Part shown: one piece after another, positions 26,117 to 36,745 of the stretch
Layout of the letters: every line of letters starts with the position of its first letter
Position numbering within the stretch: position 1 is the first letter of the stretch
From: Desulfuromusa sp.
Lineage (GTDB): Bacteria; Desulfobacterota; Desulfuromonadia; Desulfuromonadales; Geopsychrobacteraceae
Reading direction: 5' to 3'
Length of the DNA: 41,407 nucleotides
Assembly (NCBI GenBank): GCA_033791405.1
Contig: JASJGT010000268.1
Span: 1 to 41,407 of the forward strand
The notes under the pieces: generated by a model
What the model saw: the letters and a program-made list of their open reading frames with translations, nothing else
What the model was told of the DNA's origin: nothing
Databases searched by the model: none
Program-made: the position numbers and the translations under genes

Positions 26117-27019
26117 CTAACAAGAACGATCGACAGTATAATTAGCTATCTCGCGCAGTGGATGTGCCGATTCACCAAACGAATCCAGTGCAGACGAAGC
26201 CAGCCCTCGTAATTCATCGGCACGCTCTCGGGCTCCGGATAGACCAAGCAATGCAGGATAGGTTGCCTTTCCACGTTGCTGATCACTACCAACATCCTTA
26301 CCTAATTGAGACTGATCAGCCACAATATCAAGGATATCATCGGCAACCTGAAATGCGAGCCCGACAGCTTCACCGTAACGACAGAGTGCCCGACGCTGTT
26401 CATCAGAAGCTCCGCCCAGCAGCGCACCAATTTCAACTGCAGCCAAAATTAAAGCCCCGGTTTTGTGGGTATGGATATATTCCAAAGTAGGCAGATCAAC
26501 AGGCTTGTTTTCTGCCTCCATATCGGCTATCTGTCCACCGACCATACCATGTGATCCAGCACTTTTTGCTAGGATATTAATCACTTCGCGGTAGTGATCA
26601 AAAGGAAGGTCCCCGCAAAAATCTTTATTGGAGAGAAGAATAAAAGCCTCAGTCAATAACCCATCACCCGCTAAAATAGCCGTAGCTTCACCATAAACCT
26701 TGTGGTTGGCTGGATTCCCACGCCGGAAATCATCATCGTCCATCGCCGGAAGATCGTCATGAATTAAAGAATAACTATGAATCATTTCAATCGCACAGGC
26801 CGCTGGCAACACTTTTTTTATCTCACCACCAACAGCTTCACACGCCGCCAACATTAAAATCGGCCGTATCCGTTTTCCACCAGCAAAAACAGAATAACGC
26901 ATCGCCTCATGTAAACTGGCAGGAAGTCTTTCAATCCCAGGGAGATAACGATCTAAAGCTGAATCAATCAGTCTAATACGCTCTTTCAGGTAATGTTGCA
27001 ACAGCCAGCCATCATTCAT
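26117..27019 (-). CDS. ispA: Farnesyl/geranylgeranyl diphosphate synthase
   Basis: GGKRIRP, YSLIHDDLPAMDDDDFRRG, FQVADDILD. Start moved to about 27019, overlapping the xseB stop. Confidence 0.95.
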   Translation of the reverse strand: MNDGWLLQHYLKERIRLIDSALDRYLPGIERLPASLHEAMRYSVFAGGKRIRPILMLAACEAVGGEIKKVLPAACAIEMIHSYSLIHDDLPAMDDDDFRRGNPANHKVYGEATAILAGDGLLTEAFILLSNKDFCGDLPFDHYREVINILAKSAGSHGMVGGQIADMEAENKPVDLPTLEYIHTHKTGALILAAVEIGALLGGASDEQRRALCRYGEAVGLAFQVADDILDIVADQSQLGKDVGSDQQRGKATYPALLGLSGARERADELRGLASSALDSFGESAHPLREIANYTVDRSC

Positions 27020-27239
27020 CAGCAAAAGGCTCCCGCTGCAAAGTTCCATCATCTTGCTGAAGAAGTTGCTCCACCTGCAATTCAACTTTAACCAAAGACT
27101 TGCGACAGGTTTCTGCCTGCTTGACTCCACCAGAAAAAACTTTTAATGCTTGATCCAATGTAAGATCACCTGATTCCAACTGTTCAACTGCCTCTTCTAG
27201 CTTTTTCAGTGAAGCTTCAAAATTTATTTTTGTTGCCAT
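27012..27239 (-). CDS. xseB: Exodeoxyribonuclease VII small subunit
   Basis: FEASLKKLEEAVEQLESGDLTLDQAL, in xseA-xseB-ispA-dxs order. Confidence 0.95.
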   Translation of the reverse strand: MATKINFEASLKKLEEAVEQLESGDLTLDQALKVFSGGVKQAETCRKSLVKVELQVEQLLQQDDGTLQREPFADE

Positions 27240-27318
27240 AATGAAATCCATTTCAGAGCTGCTATAAATTTTATTGATTATCGACAGCACTCGAGCACTC
27301 CGTCAAGTGCTTAAACCG

Positions 27319-28545
27319 CTATTTCATACCTTTTTTGTCGATTTCTACTACAGTTGCGGCCACCTGCCCTGCAGCTAGTTCTATTTGCAGCTGATCTCCA
27401 GTTTTTAATTGTTCTGAAGTATGAACCACCGCACCGGTCTCGATCATTTTAACAATCGCGTAACCTCGAGATAAAACAGCCAGCGGAGACAATGATTGTA
27501 ATTGGCCTGCCAACAGTGCCAGTTGATGTTTTTTCTGCTCAATGATTCCAATCGTCACCTGTTCTAATCGTAACTGTAGCTGCTGCAAGCGTAGTTGTTG
27601 TATTTGCACCAATTCAGCCGGAGCTTTCAATCTCTTTTCCAGCCCATAGAGATAGCTGTTAAATAGGGACAGACGAGAACGGATCTGGGCAGCAAGACGC
27701 AGAGTCAACTGATCCAGATGTCGTTCCAGCTCGAGTCTATTTTGAACAACCAGTTCTGCAGCGGCACTCGGTGTCGGAGCACGGAGATCAGCAACAAGGT
27801 CCGAGATAGAAAAATCTGTTTCATGTCCAACAGCTGAGATAATTGGGATTTTTGATGCAGCAATCGCTCTGGCAACAATTTCTTCGTTGAATGACCACAG
27901 GTCTTCACGTGATCCTCCACCCCGCCCGACAATAAGAACATCAAGCTCAGATTCTTTATTCAAAACAACGATTGCGGCTGCGATTTCCTCGGCAGCCCCT
28001 TCACCCTGCACCCGAACTGAATGCAACAGAACCTGTAAACCGGCAGAACGTCGTTGCAACACATTCAGAATATCCTGGATGGCCGCCCCGGAGGCAGAAG
28101 TTACAATACCAATTGCTTGAGGAAAGGGAGGAAGTACTTTTTTCAACTCTTCAGCAAACAACCCCTCTTTCTCCAACTTATCCTTCAACTGATCATAGGC
28201 TAACTGTAGGGCGCCAACACCTTCCGGTTCAATTCCATCGACGATCAGCTGCAAATCACCCCGTTGTGGATAGATAGAAACCCGCCCGCGGCAAATAACC
28301 GCCAATCCATCAGTGGGTTTAAAACGGAGCGCCCTGACATAACTACGGAACATAGCGCACTTGATCTGAGACTTTTTATCTTTCAACGTGAAGTAATAAT
28401 GACCGGACGGGGGCTGTGAAACATTGCTCAATTCGCCCTGGACCAATACTTCTACAAAGTTATCCTCAACCAGCTCTTGCAATAACTGAACTAAGGTTGA
28501 AACTGAAATAGCAGCAGATATATCCATTATCGATAAAAACCTCAT
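27319..28545 (-). CDS. xseA: Exodeoxyribonuclease VII large subunit
   Basis: GELSN, SGHYYFTLKD, RGGGSREDLWSFN, AVGHETD, APTPSAAAE. Confidence 0.98.
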   Translation of the reverse strand: MRFLSIMDISAAISVSTLVQLLQELVEDNFVEVLVQGELSNVSQPPSGHYYFTLKDKKSQIKCAMFRSYVRALRFKPTDGLAVICRGRVSIYPQRGDLQLIVDGIEPEGVGALQLAYDQLKDKLEKEGLFAEELKKVLPPFPQAIGIVTSASGAAIQDILNVLQRRSAGLQVLLHSVRVQGEGAAEEIAAAIVVLNKESELDVLIVGRGGGSREDLWSFNEEIVARAIAASKIPIISAVGHETDFSISDLVADLRAPTPSAAAELVVQNRLELERHLDQLTLRLAAQIRSRLSLFNSYLYGLEKRLKAPAELVQIQQLRLQQLQLRLEQVTIGIIEQKKHQLALLAGQLQSLSPLAVLSRGYAIVKMIETGAVVHTSEQLKTGDQLQIELAAGQVAATVVEIDKKGMK

Positions 28546-28621
28546 CCCCCATGAAAAATTGAGTGGGTATTATAACTGATGATTTCACAAAAAGTCATGA
28601 GCTGGTTAGCCTCAATCGAGA

Positions 28622-28650
28622 TTGACAGCATTAAAAGAATCCACTATAAA
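28622..28650 (+). promoter_or_regulatory. Sigma70 promoter of the ParA-like gene
   Basis: TTGACA, 17 bp, TATAAA. Confidence 0.6.
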
Positions 28651-28687
28651 TAGTTAAATTTTTTCAATATTTTCAATTGAGGTATTA

Positions 28688-30085
28688 ATGGCACGTTCTT
28701 ACATTATAACCATTGCCAGCGAAAAGGGTGGTGTTGGAAAAACAACCTTAGCAACGAATTTAGCCATCTACTTAAAGGGTTTAGCCGAGGATCTTCCAAT
28801 CACTCTTTTCAGTTTTGATAATCATTTTACCGTTGATCAAATGTTCTGCTTGAGCAAAACGGTCAATCCGCAGCATGTCGGCCAACTCTTTACTGGAAGT
28901 AACCCTGCAGACCTTCTTTCTGACGGGCAGTATGGGGTCAATTATATTCAATCAAGTAGCAAACTATTTGAATACCAGCATCAGGTAAAAGATGAAAAGC
29001 AACTCGCTCAGATCATCGCTCACTCACCGCTTGAGGGGCTGGTCATCATCGATACAAGTCCAACACTCGATATCTATACCCGCAACGCACTTTATGCCGC
29101 AGATCGTATTATTGTCCCGATAAAAGATGCCCCTTCCCTTGAAAACTGTCGCAATCTGGCTGATTTCCTTGTACAGCAAAAACGTTCGAAAACTGCATTA
29201 AAACTGCTTCCCTGCCTGATTGATACCCGCATCCATTTCGACGGTCCGTTTCGCAATTCATACCAGCTTCTGAAGGCCTATGCCATCAATCGTGGGTATC
29301 GTTGTTTTGAAGGGTTTATCGCCAAAAGTCCCAAAGTGGAATCATTGAGTACCAATCCAGAAGGGAAAATCTATCCCGTCATCACCCACGGACGCAATAC
29401 CGATGTCCATGTCCAGTTAACCCACTTGGCGCGCCAAGTTTACCTCGACTATCTGGAATACGGTCCCGTCAGGCTCAGTGAAGTTGCCAATAACCTTTTT
29501 GATCAGAAAGAACACAACCTTCAGGAATACAAATCACGGGTTAACAATCTGCAAAAGACTTGTCTCTGTTGCCATGACCCTATCCCTGAAGATGAAATCT
29601 GGTCCAATGCCTATTTTCTGGAAAATGAAACGGGCAGTTTCAGCGGATTTATTGAAGAAGATTGTTTTTTAGAACTTATATTACAAGATTGCTACCCAGA
29701 GCTAAAAGGTAAAGACCACCGGAAACTGTTGCAGGAGATCCTGGTCGGGTCAACAGATAAAACTGTTTTGCTGTTGCAAAAGTCCCAGGTTAACAGTGAG
29801 CAAGCTCAAATAGACCTCTTTCGGCTAGATCGACAAGGGGAAAAAATTTCCGGACGAACCATTTTATTAAAGAAACGGGGACGTTTTCAGCGCAAAGGGA
29901 AAGTCAGCCTGCTACAACTATTTGATAATGCCACAAATGGGAAAACGGAAGGATTCCAGCAATTATTGGTTCGACAGGCCGATACAAATCCCCTTGATCT
30001 TCTGAGACACCACAACTATCTGGAATGGAAAACCATCTTCAACAGGATTCAGATTGATCAGAAGCTGGATTCAGAGATCGAATAA
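28688..30085 (+). CDS. ParA/MinD-family ATPase with ~200-aa C-terminal extension
   Basis: Deviant Walker A KGGVGKTT, IIDTSP, ALYAADRIIVP. The extension carries Cys residues. Confidence 0.88.
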   Translation: MARSYIITIASEKGGVGKTTLATNLAIYLKGLAEDLPITLFSFDNHFTVDQMFCLSKTVNPQHVGQLFTGSNPADLLSDGQYGVNYIQSSSKLFEYQHQVKDEKQLAQIIAHSPLEGLVIIDTSPTLDIYTRNALYAADRIIVPIKDAPSLENCRNLADFLVQQKRSKTALKLLPCLIDTRIHFDGPFRNSYQLLKAYAINRGYRCFEGFIAKSPKVESLSTNPEGKIYPVITHGRNTDVHVQLTHLARQVYLDYLEYGPVRLSEVANNLFDQKEHNLQEYKSRVNNLQKTCLCCHDPIPEDEIWSNAYFLENETGSFSGFIEEDCFLELILQDCYPELKGKDHRKLLQEILVGSTDKTVLLLQKSQVNSEQAQIDLFRLDRQGEKISGRTILLKKRGRFQRKGKVSLLQLFDNATNGKTEGFQQLLVRQADTNPLDLLRHHNYLEWKTIFNRIQIDQKLDSEIE

Positions 30086-30095
30086 CCACACGCAG

Positions 30096-31304
30096 TCAAT
30101 AAGTATGTACCAATTTTGAAGCAGAAACAAAATCAACTGACTGCTGTTTCAGCCAACCCTGTTCCAAGCGGAAGGCCTCCAGTGTTGCAGCATGAGGATG
30201 GCAAATTGCGATAACTTCCTTATTTTTACCAGCGAGATTAACCATCTTACGAATCTGCCGGCGGATATATGGAATATCGTCCTGATTATCCAGAAAAATA
30301 TTCCTTGTTGCTGTTTTAAGCCCCATCTTACGTGCCTCAGAAAAGGCAACTGAACTCCCAATAGTACGGCTATCGATAAAGAAGAGATCATGTTCTTTTA
30401 ACTCATTTAACACGATCCGCATCCCTTCCGACTCTTCGGTATAGCGTGACCCCATATGATTATTACCTCCTACAGCACCTGGTACCGCAGCCATATAGGA
30501 TTGAACCAACTGACGTGTTTCAGCTTCAGACTGCCCCAGCAACAATGCGTTTGCCCCCGGACTTGTACGGGGATAACTACGCGGTTGCATAGGCAGATGA
30601 ATCATATACTCACGCCCCTTCTCTTGTAACAGTGAAGCTGATGACAACGCCTTGCCGGTACTGGGTAAAATTGATGGAGTAATGATGATATCCAATTGAA
30701 GTAGTTTATGCAGGGTGCTGAGTGAAACCCCCATATCATCCATGATAACAGCGATTTTACCCTGCTGAGTTTTTACCGTTGTGGGGATTTGATAGCGGAG
30801 TTCCAAACGCAAGTCATCTTGCCAGAAAAGATGTATAATCCCATTTTTTCGACTGACTTTAAGTTGTGCGGGGCTATCAGTATGCTCGATATGGGTGACC
30901 AGTTCAGCCAGAAATGGTGCTGATGGAAAATCGCCAAAAATCTTTCGCACCTGAATATTTTTTTGATCTGGAAGTCTACGCCAACCCATAGAATGCGGGC
31001 CATTGATCAGTTGATTTTCAATTAGCTCACGAATATCGGTATAATCAAATATTTTTTGCTTATGGATTTCGTCTGCCGGCTCTTCATAAACCAAATATTC
31101 ATCACTTTGCACTGAAACGCTTTCAGGCAGTAAACTTGTCCGTAGATTCACCAACGCAACCAAGCATATCACCACAAATGCCAGTAAGAAAGCAGTTGCC
31201 AGAAGAATCCGCATGTTTTGGCTTAAATATCGTTTTTTTGCAGATTTACTTTTTGTCGTTTTACGTTTTACTTTTTTAATCGGTTTCTTTTTTTTAGTTG
31301 TCAT
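30096..31304 (-). CDS. Divergent polysaccharide deacetylase family (YibQ-like)
   Basis: IAVIMDDMG, HLPMQP, NNHMGS, FFIDSRT, RNIFLDN, AICHPH. Confidence 0.93.
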   Translation of the reverse strand: MTTKKKKPIKKVKRKTTKSKSAKKRYLSQNMRILLATAFLLAFVVICLVALVNLRTSLLPESVSVQSDEYLVYEEPADEIHKQKIFDYTDIRELIENQLINGPHSMGWRRLPDQKNIQVRKIFGDFPSAPFLAELVTHIEHTDSPAQLKVSRKNGIIHLFWQDDLRLELRYQIPTTVKTQQGKIAVIMDDMGVSLSTLHKLLQLDIIITPSILPSTGKALSSASLLQEKGREYMIHLPMQPRSYPRTSPGANALLLGQSEAETRQLVQSYMAAVPGAVGGNNHMGSRYTEESEGMRIVLNELKEHDLFFIDSRTIGSSVAFSEARKMGLKTATRNIFLDNQDDIPYIRRQIRKMVNLAGKNKEVIAICHPHAATLEAFRLEQGWLKQQSVDFVSASKLVHTY

Positions 31305-31363
31305 CTTTATGTATATCTTTCAACCGTATGGTCAATTATCGTTATTCATAACAGTATTCAAGT

Positions 31364-32668
31364 TCAAGCTGCTTGTTTTTCACCCTTAAACAGGTTGATC
31401 GCCTTGAGCAAATCAAGTGCACGTAACAGTTGATTATCCCCTTTTTCTTCTCGGGTCAACCCCTGTGATTCCTCTGGCTCCACAACGGTCGGTTTCTCCA
31501 CAAGAGATTGAAAATGATTCGCCAGATCTTGCTCACGTAACAACGTCCCAGTCTTTTCCTGAGCCACAGATATTAACGGAGGAACAACGATATCCGGATG
31601 AATACCACGAGCCTGAATTGATCGGCCAGACGGGGTAAAGTAACGCGCGGTTGTTAAGCGCAATCCGGAGAGATCATCCAGAGGAATAACTGTCTGCACC
31701 GACCCTTTACCAAAACTCTGTTCGCCAAGAATAATAGCACGATTATGGTCCTGAAGCGCACCAGCAACTATTTCAGCTGCGCTGGCACTACCACCATTTA
31801 TCATGACAATAAGGGGATAATCTGGTTCAGTCCCGGCAGGTTGAGCTGAGAATGTCAATTGAGCCTCAGCCTCACGCCCTTCCGTATAAACAATCAGTCC
31901 TTCGCTTAGAAAAAGATCAGACACAGCAACAGCTTGATCCAATAATCCACCCGGATTATTACGTAAATCAAGAATCATACCGCGCAATTGATCACCATTA
32001 TCGTTGCGCAACGACCGCAGATGCTCTTTAAGATCACTTCCGGTTCGATCCTGAAATTGTGAAACTCGAACATAACCAAAATGGCCTTGAAGGAAATTAC
32101 TTTTTACACTCTGAACTTGGATAATATCGCGAATAATAGTGAACTCCCGTAATTTATCCTCATCAGAACGATGGATGCTGATCGTAATCGCCTCTCCTTT
32201 GGGACCTCGAAGCATCCGCACCGCTTCCATAAAATCAATATCACGGGTTGGCTTGCCATCAATCTTCACAATTTGATCCCCCGCTTTCACCCCTACGGCA
32301 TAAGCGGGAGTATCTTCAATCGGCGAAACAATAATCAACTCACCATCTTTTATGGTAATTTCAATTCCCAAACCACCGAATTCACCATGGGTATCAGCTT
32401 GCATCTCTTTGTACATTTCTGGCGTCAAAAAACTACTATGAGGATCCAAGGTGTTCAGCATGCCACGAATCGCCCCATAAACCAGCTCATCCATATCAAC
32501 ATCTTCTACATAGCTGCTACGGATCAAGGAAAGAACATCAGTAAATATCTCAAGATTCATATAGTCATCTTCTTCACTGGCAAAGAGATTCCCACTGAAG
32601 ACAGTCATGGCAAAACACAAAACCAGTAAGGTGATACCACCTAAAATCAATCGTTTTATTTTAAACAT
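31364..32668 (-). CDS. ctpA: Carboxyl-terminal processing protease, S41 family
   Basis: LDPHS, PDZ FGGLGI, LDLRNNPGG, SASAAEIVAGALQD, SFGKGSVQ. Confidence 0.95.
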   Translation of the reverse strand: MFKIKRLILGGITLLVLCFAMTVFSGNLFASEEDDYMNLEIFTDVLSLIRSSYVEDVDMDELVYGAIRGMLNTLDPHSSFLTPEMYKEMQADTHGEFGGLGIEITIKDGELIIVSPIEDTPAYAVGVKAGDQIVKIDGKPTRDIDFMEAVRMLRGPKGEAITISIHRSDEDKLREFTIIRDIIQVQSVKSNFLQGHFGYVRVSQFQDRTGSDLKEHLRSLRNDNGDQLRGMILDLRNNPGGLLDQAVAVSDLFLSEGLIVYTEGREAEAQLTFSAQPAGTEPDYPLIVMINGGSASAAEIVAGALQDHNRAIILGEQSFGKGSVQTVIPLDDLSGLRLTTARYFTPSGRSIQARGIHPDIVVPPLISVAQEKTGTLLREQDLANHFQSLVEKPTVVEPEESQGLTREEKGDNQLLRALDLLKAINLFKGEKQAA

Positions 32669-32724
32669 AAAAACCTCTCAAGCTTGATCTTCTTGCAAAA
32701 AGAACAAGAGACTTAATAAACAGT

Positions 32725-33870
32725 TTAGAACCGTTTCAACCAGGATAGTGGATTAACGGGAGAACCATTTGAACGAATCTCAAAATAAATACTATCGCGC
32801 CCGGCCAAACCACTATATCCGAGCAAATCTCCAGCAGAGACCTGACTGCCTAACTTTTTCTGCATGCGATCAGTCTGTGCATAAAGGGTGTGGTAACCAC
32901 CGGGATGGCTGAGAATAAACAGGTTTCCATAACCTTTGAAATAATCGGCATAGACAATTTTTCCGGCAGCAACTGCGCGAATTGGATTGCCTGGTGGAGT
33001 CGCTATTTCAATCCCATTACTTTCATAATAGGTACCCAGTTTAACATCTTTCTGCTGACCAAAGCCAATAACCACCCGTCCATTCACCGGCCAGCCAAGC
33101 TTTCCTCGGCCCACAGCAAAATCACCAGCAACCGGCCCAATTACGGGAACCGTCTCTCGTTCCAGCTTGTTGATTAAAGCTTTAAGCCTGGAAGCATTTT
33201 CTTTTAGTTGAACAAGTTCTTGAGAGAGTTTCTTTTTATCAGTCCGAGCCTGTTTCAAAAGGCGCCCTTGCAACCTTTGACCTTTATCAGAAATCAATTG
33301 TTGTTGTTGTTCTGTTGCAAGTAACTTGGATTTTTGCTCTTCAAGAGATTCCAATGTGAGTAACTGTTGTTTCTGCACTTGGATGGCTTGTTGGTATTCC
33401 TCCAATAATTCTTTATCATACTGAAGGACTTTAGTTAAATAATGATATTGTTGAACCATTTCCGTTGGAGAATCTGCTGAAAAAAGTATCTTAAGTGGCC
33501 CAGTTTCCCCCTCTTTATAAAGGGCAACAAGGCGTTTTTCCAAACGTGCACCAACCTTTTTCACCCCACGTCGGCTCTCAATAACATTTTTCTGCTGTTG
33601 ATCAATCTTTCCGCGTAACGTTTTAAGAGTTTTTTTCAACTCAGCAACCCGTCGATTGATCTGCTCAAGCGTTTTTTTTATCAACGCCAGTTCCCGACTC
33701 AGGTTGAGTTCAGAGCGTTGTTTGTTCTGTAGAGCAGTTTCAGCCCTGTCAATTCTAGCTTTAATTTTTTCTAACTGTGAGCGATTACTGGTCAAATCCG
33801 CAAAACATGGGTCATATAACGAAAATAGCAACAGTCCGCAAATGACAAGAGATACAATTCTGATCATCAT
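32725..33870 (-). CDS. envC: Murein hydrolase activator EnvC (coiled coil + degenerate M23)
   Basis: Signal peptide from MMIRIV, long coiled coil, WPVNG, TLYAQ, YFEIR lacking the Zn histidines. Follows ftsEX. Confidence 0.9.
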   Translation of the reverse strand: MMIRIVSLVICGLLLFSLYDPCFADLTSNRSQLEKIKARIDRAETALQNKQRSELNLSRELALIKKTLEQINRRVAELKKTLKTLRGKIDQQQKNVIESRRGVKKVGARLEKRLVALYKEGETGPLKILFSADSPTEMVQQYHYLTKVLQYDKELLEEYQQAIQVQKQQLLTLESLEEQKSKLLATEQQQQLISDKGQRLQGRLLKQARTDKKKLSQELVQLKENASRLKALINKLERETVPVIGPVAGDFAVGRGKLGWPVNGRVVIGFGQQKDVKLGTYYESNGIEIATPPGNPIRAVAAGKIVYADYFKGYGNLFILSHPGGYHTLYAQTDRMQKKLGSQVSAGDLLGYSGLAGRDSIYFEIRSNGSPVNPLSWLKRF

Positions 33871-33871
33871 C

Positions 33872-34768
33872 TTAAATGCGGACAAAACGTCGCAGTGACG
33901 AGAGGCTCCCCAGAATTCCAAGAAAAACTCCAGAGAGGACAAGAATAATTTGTTGATTCAGTGTCAGAAAAAGAAGATCGAACCCGGCTGGGGTCAACCA
34001 GAAAGATTCAAGAATGCGCGAAAGAATAAAAACAAAAGAGAGTGCCAGAAAAGCCAATGAGATTACCCCCCCCAACAAACCCTGGATAGCTCCTTCGAGG
34101 AGAAATGGGATTTTTATAAAACGCATCGTTGCACCAACCAGTGCCATAATTTCAAGTTCATCGCGACGTGCATATAGTGTGAGTTTAATAGTATTCGAAA
34201 CAATGAATAAAGCAGCAAATAATAAGAAACCACCCAAGATGATACTGACAATGCGTAACATATGAGCAAAGTTATTGAAACGTTCCAACCACTTTTGACC
34301 ATAACGGAGGTCATCAATGTCAAGTTGATTTTCTAACTGTTCAATGACGGTGTTAATCCCCTGTTGGTTGCGGAACTCAGAAAGCAATCCCAACTCAAAG
34401 GAGGCAGGAAGCAAATCACGACTCACCCCTTCTAATAAGCTGGCGTCTGCCCCTAAATGTTTCTTGAAACGTTGCATAGCTTCAGTTTGAGACACATATT
34501 TGACTGACTCAACTCCAGAAATTTCTTTGATTTTTTTGGTAAGGGTCGCAACATTCTGTTGGCTGGGACTTTTTTCCAGATAGGCAACAACTTGAATTTC
34601 TTTGGTCCAGCGTAATGCCAGTTGCTCAATGTTAACAACAACCAAAAAAAATGTAGCGACAGTTGCCAGAGCAATCGCCATTGTCAGAATCGATGCAGTA
34701 CAAAGCAACGGCCACTGACGCATATTCCGCAGGGCACGTAGTATAAAGTAGCGAATTTTATCCAGCAC
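33872..34768 (-). CDS. ftsX: Cell division permease FtsX
   Basis: VSNTIKL.LYARRDELEIM.LVGAT..FIKIPFLLEG. GTG start at 34768 follows GGAGG. Confidence 0.95.
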   Translation of the reverse strand: MLDKIRYFILRALRNMRQWPLLCTASILTMAIALATVATFFLVVVNIEQLALRWTKEIQVVAYLEKSPSQQNVATLTKKIKEISGVESVKYVSQTEAMQRFKKHLGADASLLEGVSRDLLPASFELGLLSEFRNQQGINTVIEQLENQLDIDDLRYGQKWLERFNNFAHMLRIVSIILGGFLLFAALFIVSNTIKLTLYARRDELEIMALVGATMRFIKIPFLLEGAIQGLLGGVISLAFLALSFVFILSRILESFWLTPAGFDLLFLTLNQQIILVLSGVFLGILGSLSSLRRFVRI

Positions 34769-34824
34769 CTTTGGTGCCTCCAGTCCAACTATCTTAATGT
34801 GTAGCAAGCTTACTGTGTAGATAA

Positions 34825-35499
34825 TTATATTTGCGGCGGTTGTTGATCGCCAACTAACTTTCCCTGATCCAGGGTTAATACCCGGCGTGGAAAACGTTGG
34901 TTCAAACTATGATCATGGGTTGCCAGAAGAACTGTCGTTCCCCGAGCATTTGCCCGCTTAAAAAGATTCATAATCTCAAAAGTTACTTCCTGATCCAGAT
35001 TACCGCTCGGCTCATCTGCCAGCAAGATCAGAGGATCTACAACCAGAGCACGGGCAATAGCAATCCGTTGCTGCTCCCCCCCCGAAAGTTCTAGCGGTTT
35101 TCGTTGTAGACGATGTTCAAGCCCTACTTCCTTTATCGCCTGATAGACTTTCTTACTCACTTCATAACGCTTCTTGCCTTGTGCCTCCAAAGCGAAGGCG
35201 ACATTTTCATAAACTGTCCGGCTCTGTAATAACTTGAAATCCTGAAAAACGACTCCAATTTTACGCCGCAAATAAGGTATGTGGCGACTATGAATACGAG
35301 AAACATTCTGACGATCAATTAGAATTTGTCCCCGAGTCGGTTTTTCTGCCGCGTACAACATCCGCAACAAAGTTGTTTTTCCTGCTCCAGAAGCACCGGT
35401 AAGATAAAGAAATTCACCCTTGCCAATCTGCAGAGTCAAATCTTTTACCGCAGCAGAATCTCCACCGTATTTTTTAGTGACGTTGTAAAGTTGTATCAT
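34825..35499 (-). CDS. ftsE: Cell division ATP-binding protein FtsE
   Basis: [38 protein letters not shown]. Confidence 0.96.
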   Translation of the reverse strand: MIQLYNVTKKYGGDSAAVKDLTLQIGKGEFLYLTGASGAGKTTLLRMLYAAEKPTRGQILIDRQNVSRIHSRHIPYLRRKIGVVFQDFKLLQSRTVYENVAFALEAQGKKRYEVSKKVYQAIKEVGLEHRLQRKPLELSGGEQQRIAIARALVVDPLILLADEPSGNLDQEVTFEIMNLFKRANARGTTVLLATHDHSLNQRFPRRVLTLDQGKLVGDQQPPQI

Positions 35500-35546
35500 A
35501 AAAATTTACTATTAATCATTCGAGAGAAAAGTCTTCTTTTCAGAAA

Positions 35547-36548
35547 TCACCCTTGAGCCTGAACCGCAGTAATCGCAGAAACACTGATGATATCATCGAC
35601 AGAGCAACCACGGGACAAATCATTGACCGGTTTTGCCAACCCTTGAATGATCGGCCCAACAGCTTCGGCTCCGGCAAGACGTTCTACCAATTTATAACCG
35701 ATATTTCCAGAATCAAGGTCTGGAAAAACCAGCGTATTGGCTTGACCAGCAACATTGGACCCCGGAGCTTTTTTATCTCCAACCTTGGGGACCAAGGCGG
35801 CATCGGCCTGCAGTTCACCATCAATCGCCAGATTTGGAGCCAATTTTCTGGCAATCGCCAGAGCCTCAAAAACCTTGTCGCAATCACTATGCTGAGCACT
35901 TCCTTTAGTGGAAAAGCTGAGCATTGCCACCCGGGCATCAACTCCGAGAAAGCTCTTACAACTAGCAGCCGTACTCACTGCTATTTCTGCCAAGGCCTGA
36001 GCATCAGGGTTCGGATTAACAGCGCAATCGGCAAAACAGAGTGTTCCATTCTCGCCAAATTCAGGAGTTTTTGTCACCATCAGAAAGACGGAGGATACGG
36101 TATTCATCCCTGGAGCTGTCCCGACAACCTGCAAAGCGGCCTTCAACACATCACCAGTCGTATTTGCTGCTCCAGCAACAGCCCCACCAGCAGCTTCCTT
36201 ACGCACCATCATAGCAGCAAAATAAAGATTGTCTTCAGCGGTCAGTAGTTCGATTGCATCCTCGTGGCTCAACCCTTTTTTCTTGCGCAATTCGACGAGT
36301 TCCGCGGCATAGTCATCGAGAAGAGCAGAGGACTTTGGCTCGACGATGGTAACCCCTTCCAGAGTTACCCCTAACTCGACTGCCTTGGCATTGAGTATCG
36401 CAGGATTGCCCAAAAGGACAATTTCTGCCAAATTGTCAGCGACAATTCTTGCTGCAGCTTCAACCATCCGATCGTCATATCCCTCCGGCAGAACAACAGT
36501 TTGTAAATTGGCACGAGCCTTTACTTTGATTTGATCAACGAGATGCAT
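35547..36548 (-). CDS. pta: Phosphate acetyltransferase, short form (333 aa)
   Basis: [48 protein letters not shown]. Start moved to the ATG at 36548, behind GGAGG. Confidence 0.96.
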   Translation of the reverse strand: MHLVDQIKVKARANLQTVVLPEGYDDRMVEAAARIVADNLAEIVLLGNPAILNAKAVELGVTLEGVTIVEPKSSALLDDYAAELVELRKKKGLSHEDAIELLTAEDNLYFAAMMVRKEAAGGAVAGAANTTGDVLKAALQVVGTAPGMNTVSSVFLMVTKTPEFGENGTLCFADCAVNPNPDAQALAEIAVSTAASCKSFLGVDARVAMLSFSTKGSAQHSDCDKVFEALAIARKLAPNLAIDGELQADAALVPKVGDKKAPGSNVAGQANTLVFPDLDSGNIGYKLVERLAGAEAVGPIIQGLAKPVNDLSRGCSVDDIISVSAITAVQAQG

Positions 36549-36745
36549 CCTTACCTCCTCTACCCATGGGAATGTTGTGAATTGAATATTATCTGTAAAA
36601 TTCTGAAAAAACGCTGTGGCGTATAAAATGGTCTTTTCATAATGCATCATGGTTATACCTAAAGGCAAAACCAAGGGCAATCCTTTTTCATTTTTACGTT
36701 AATCAAGCTAGTCGTAGCCAAAGACTCTCGTTATAATCTCCGGAT

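Noticed and set aside
29561-29575. CLCCH in the ParA-like protein as a heme c site
   Set aside because: It fits CxxCH formally, but the protein has no export signal, so heme attachment is unlikely.
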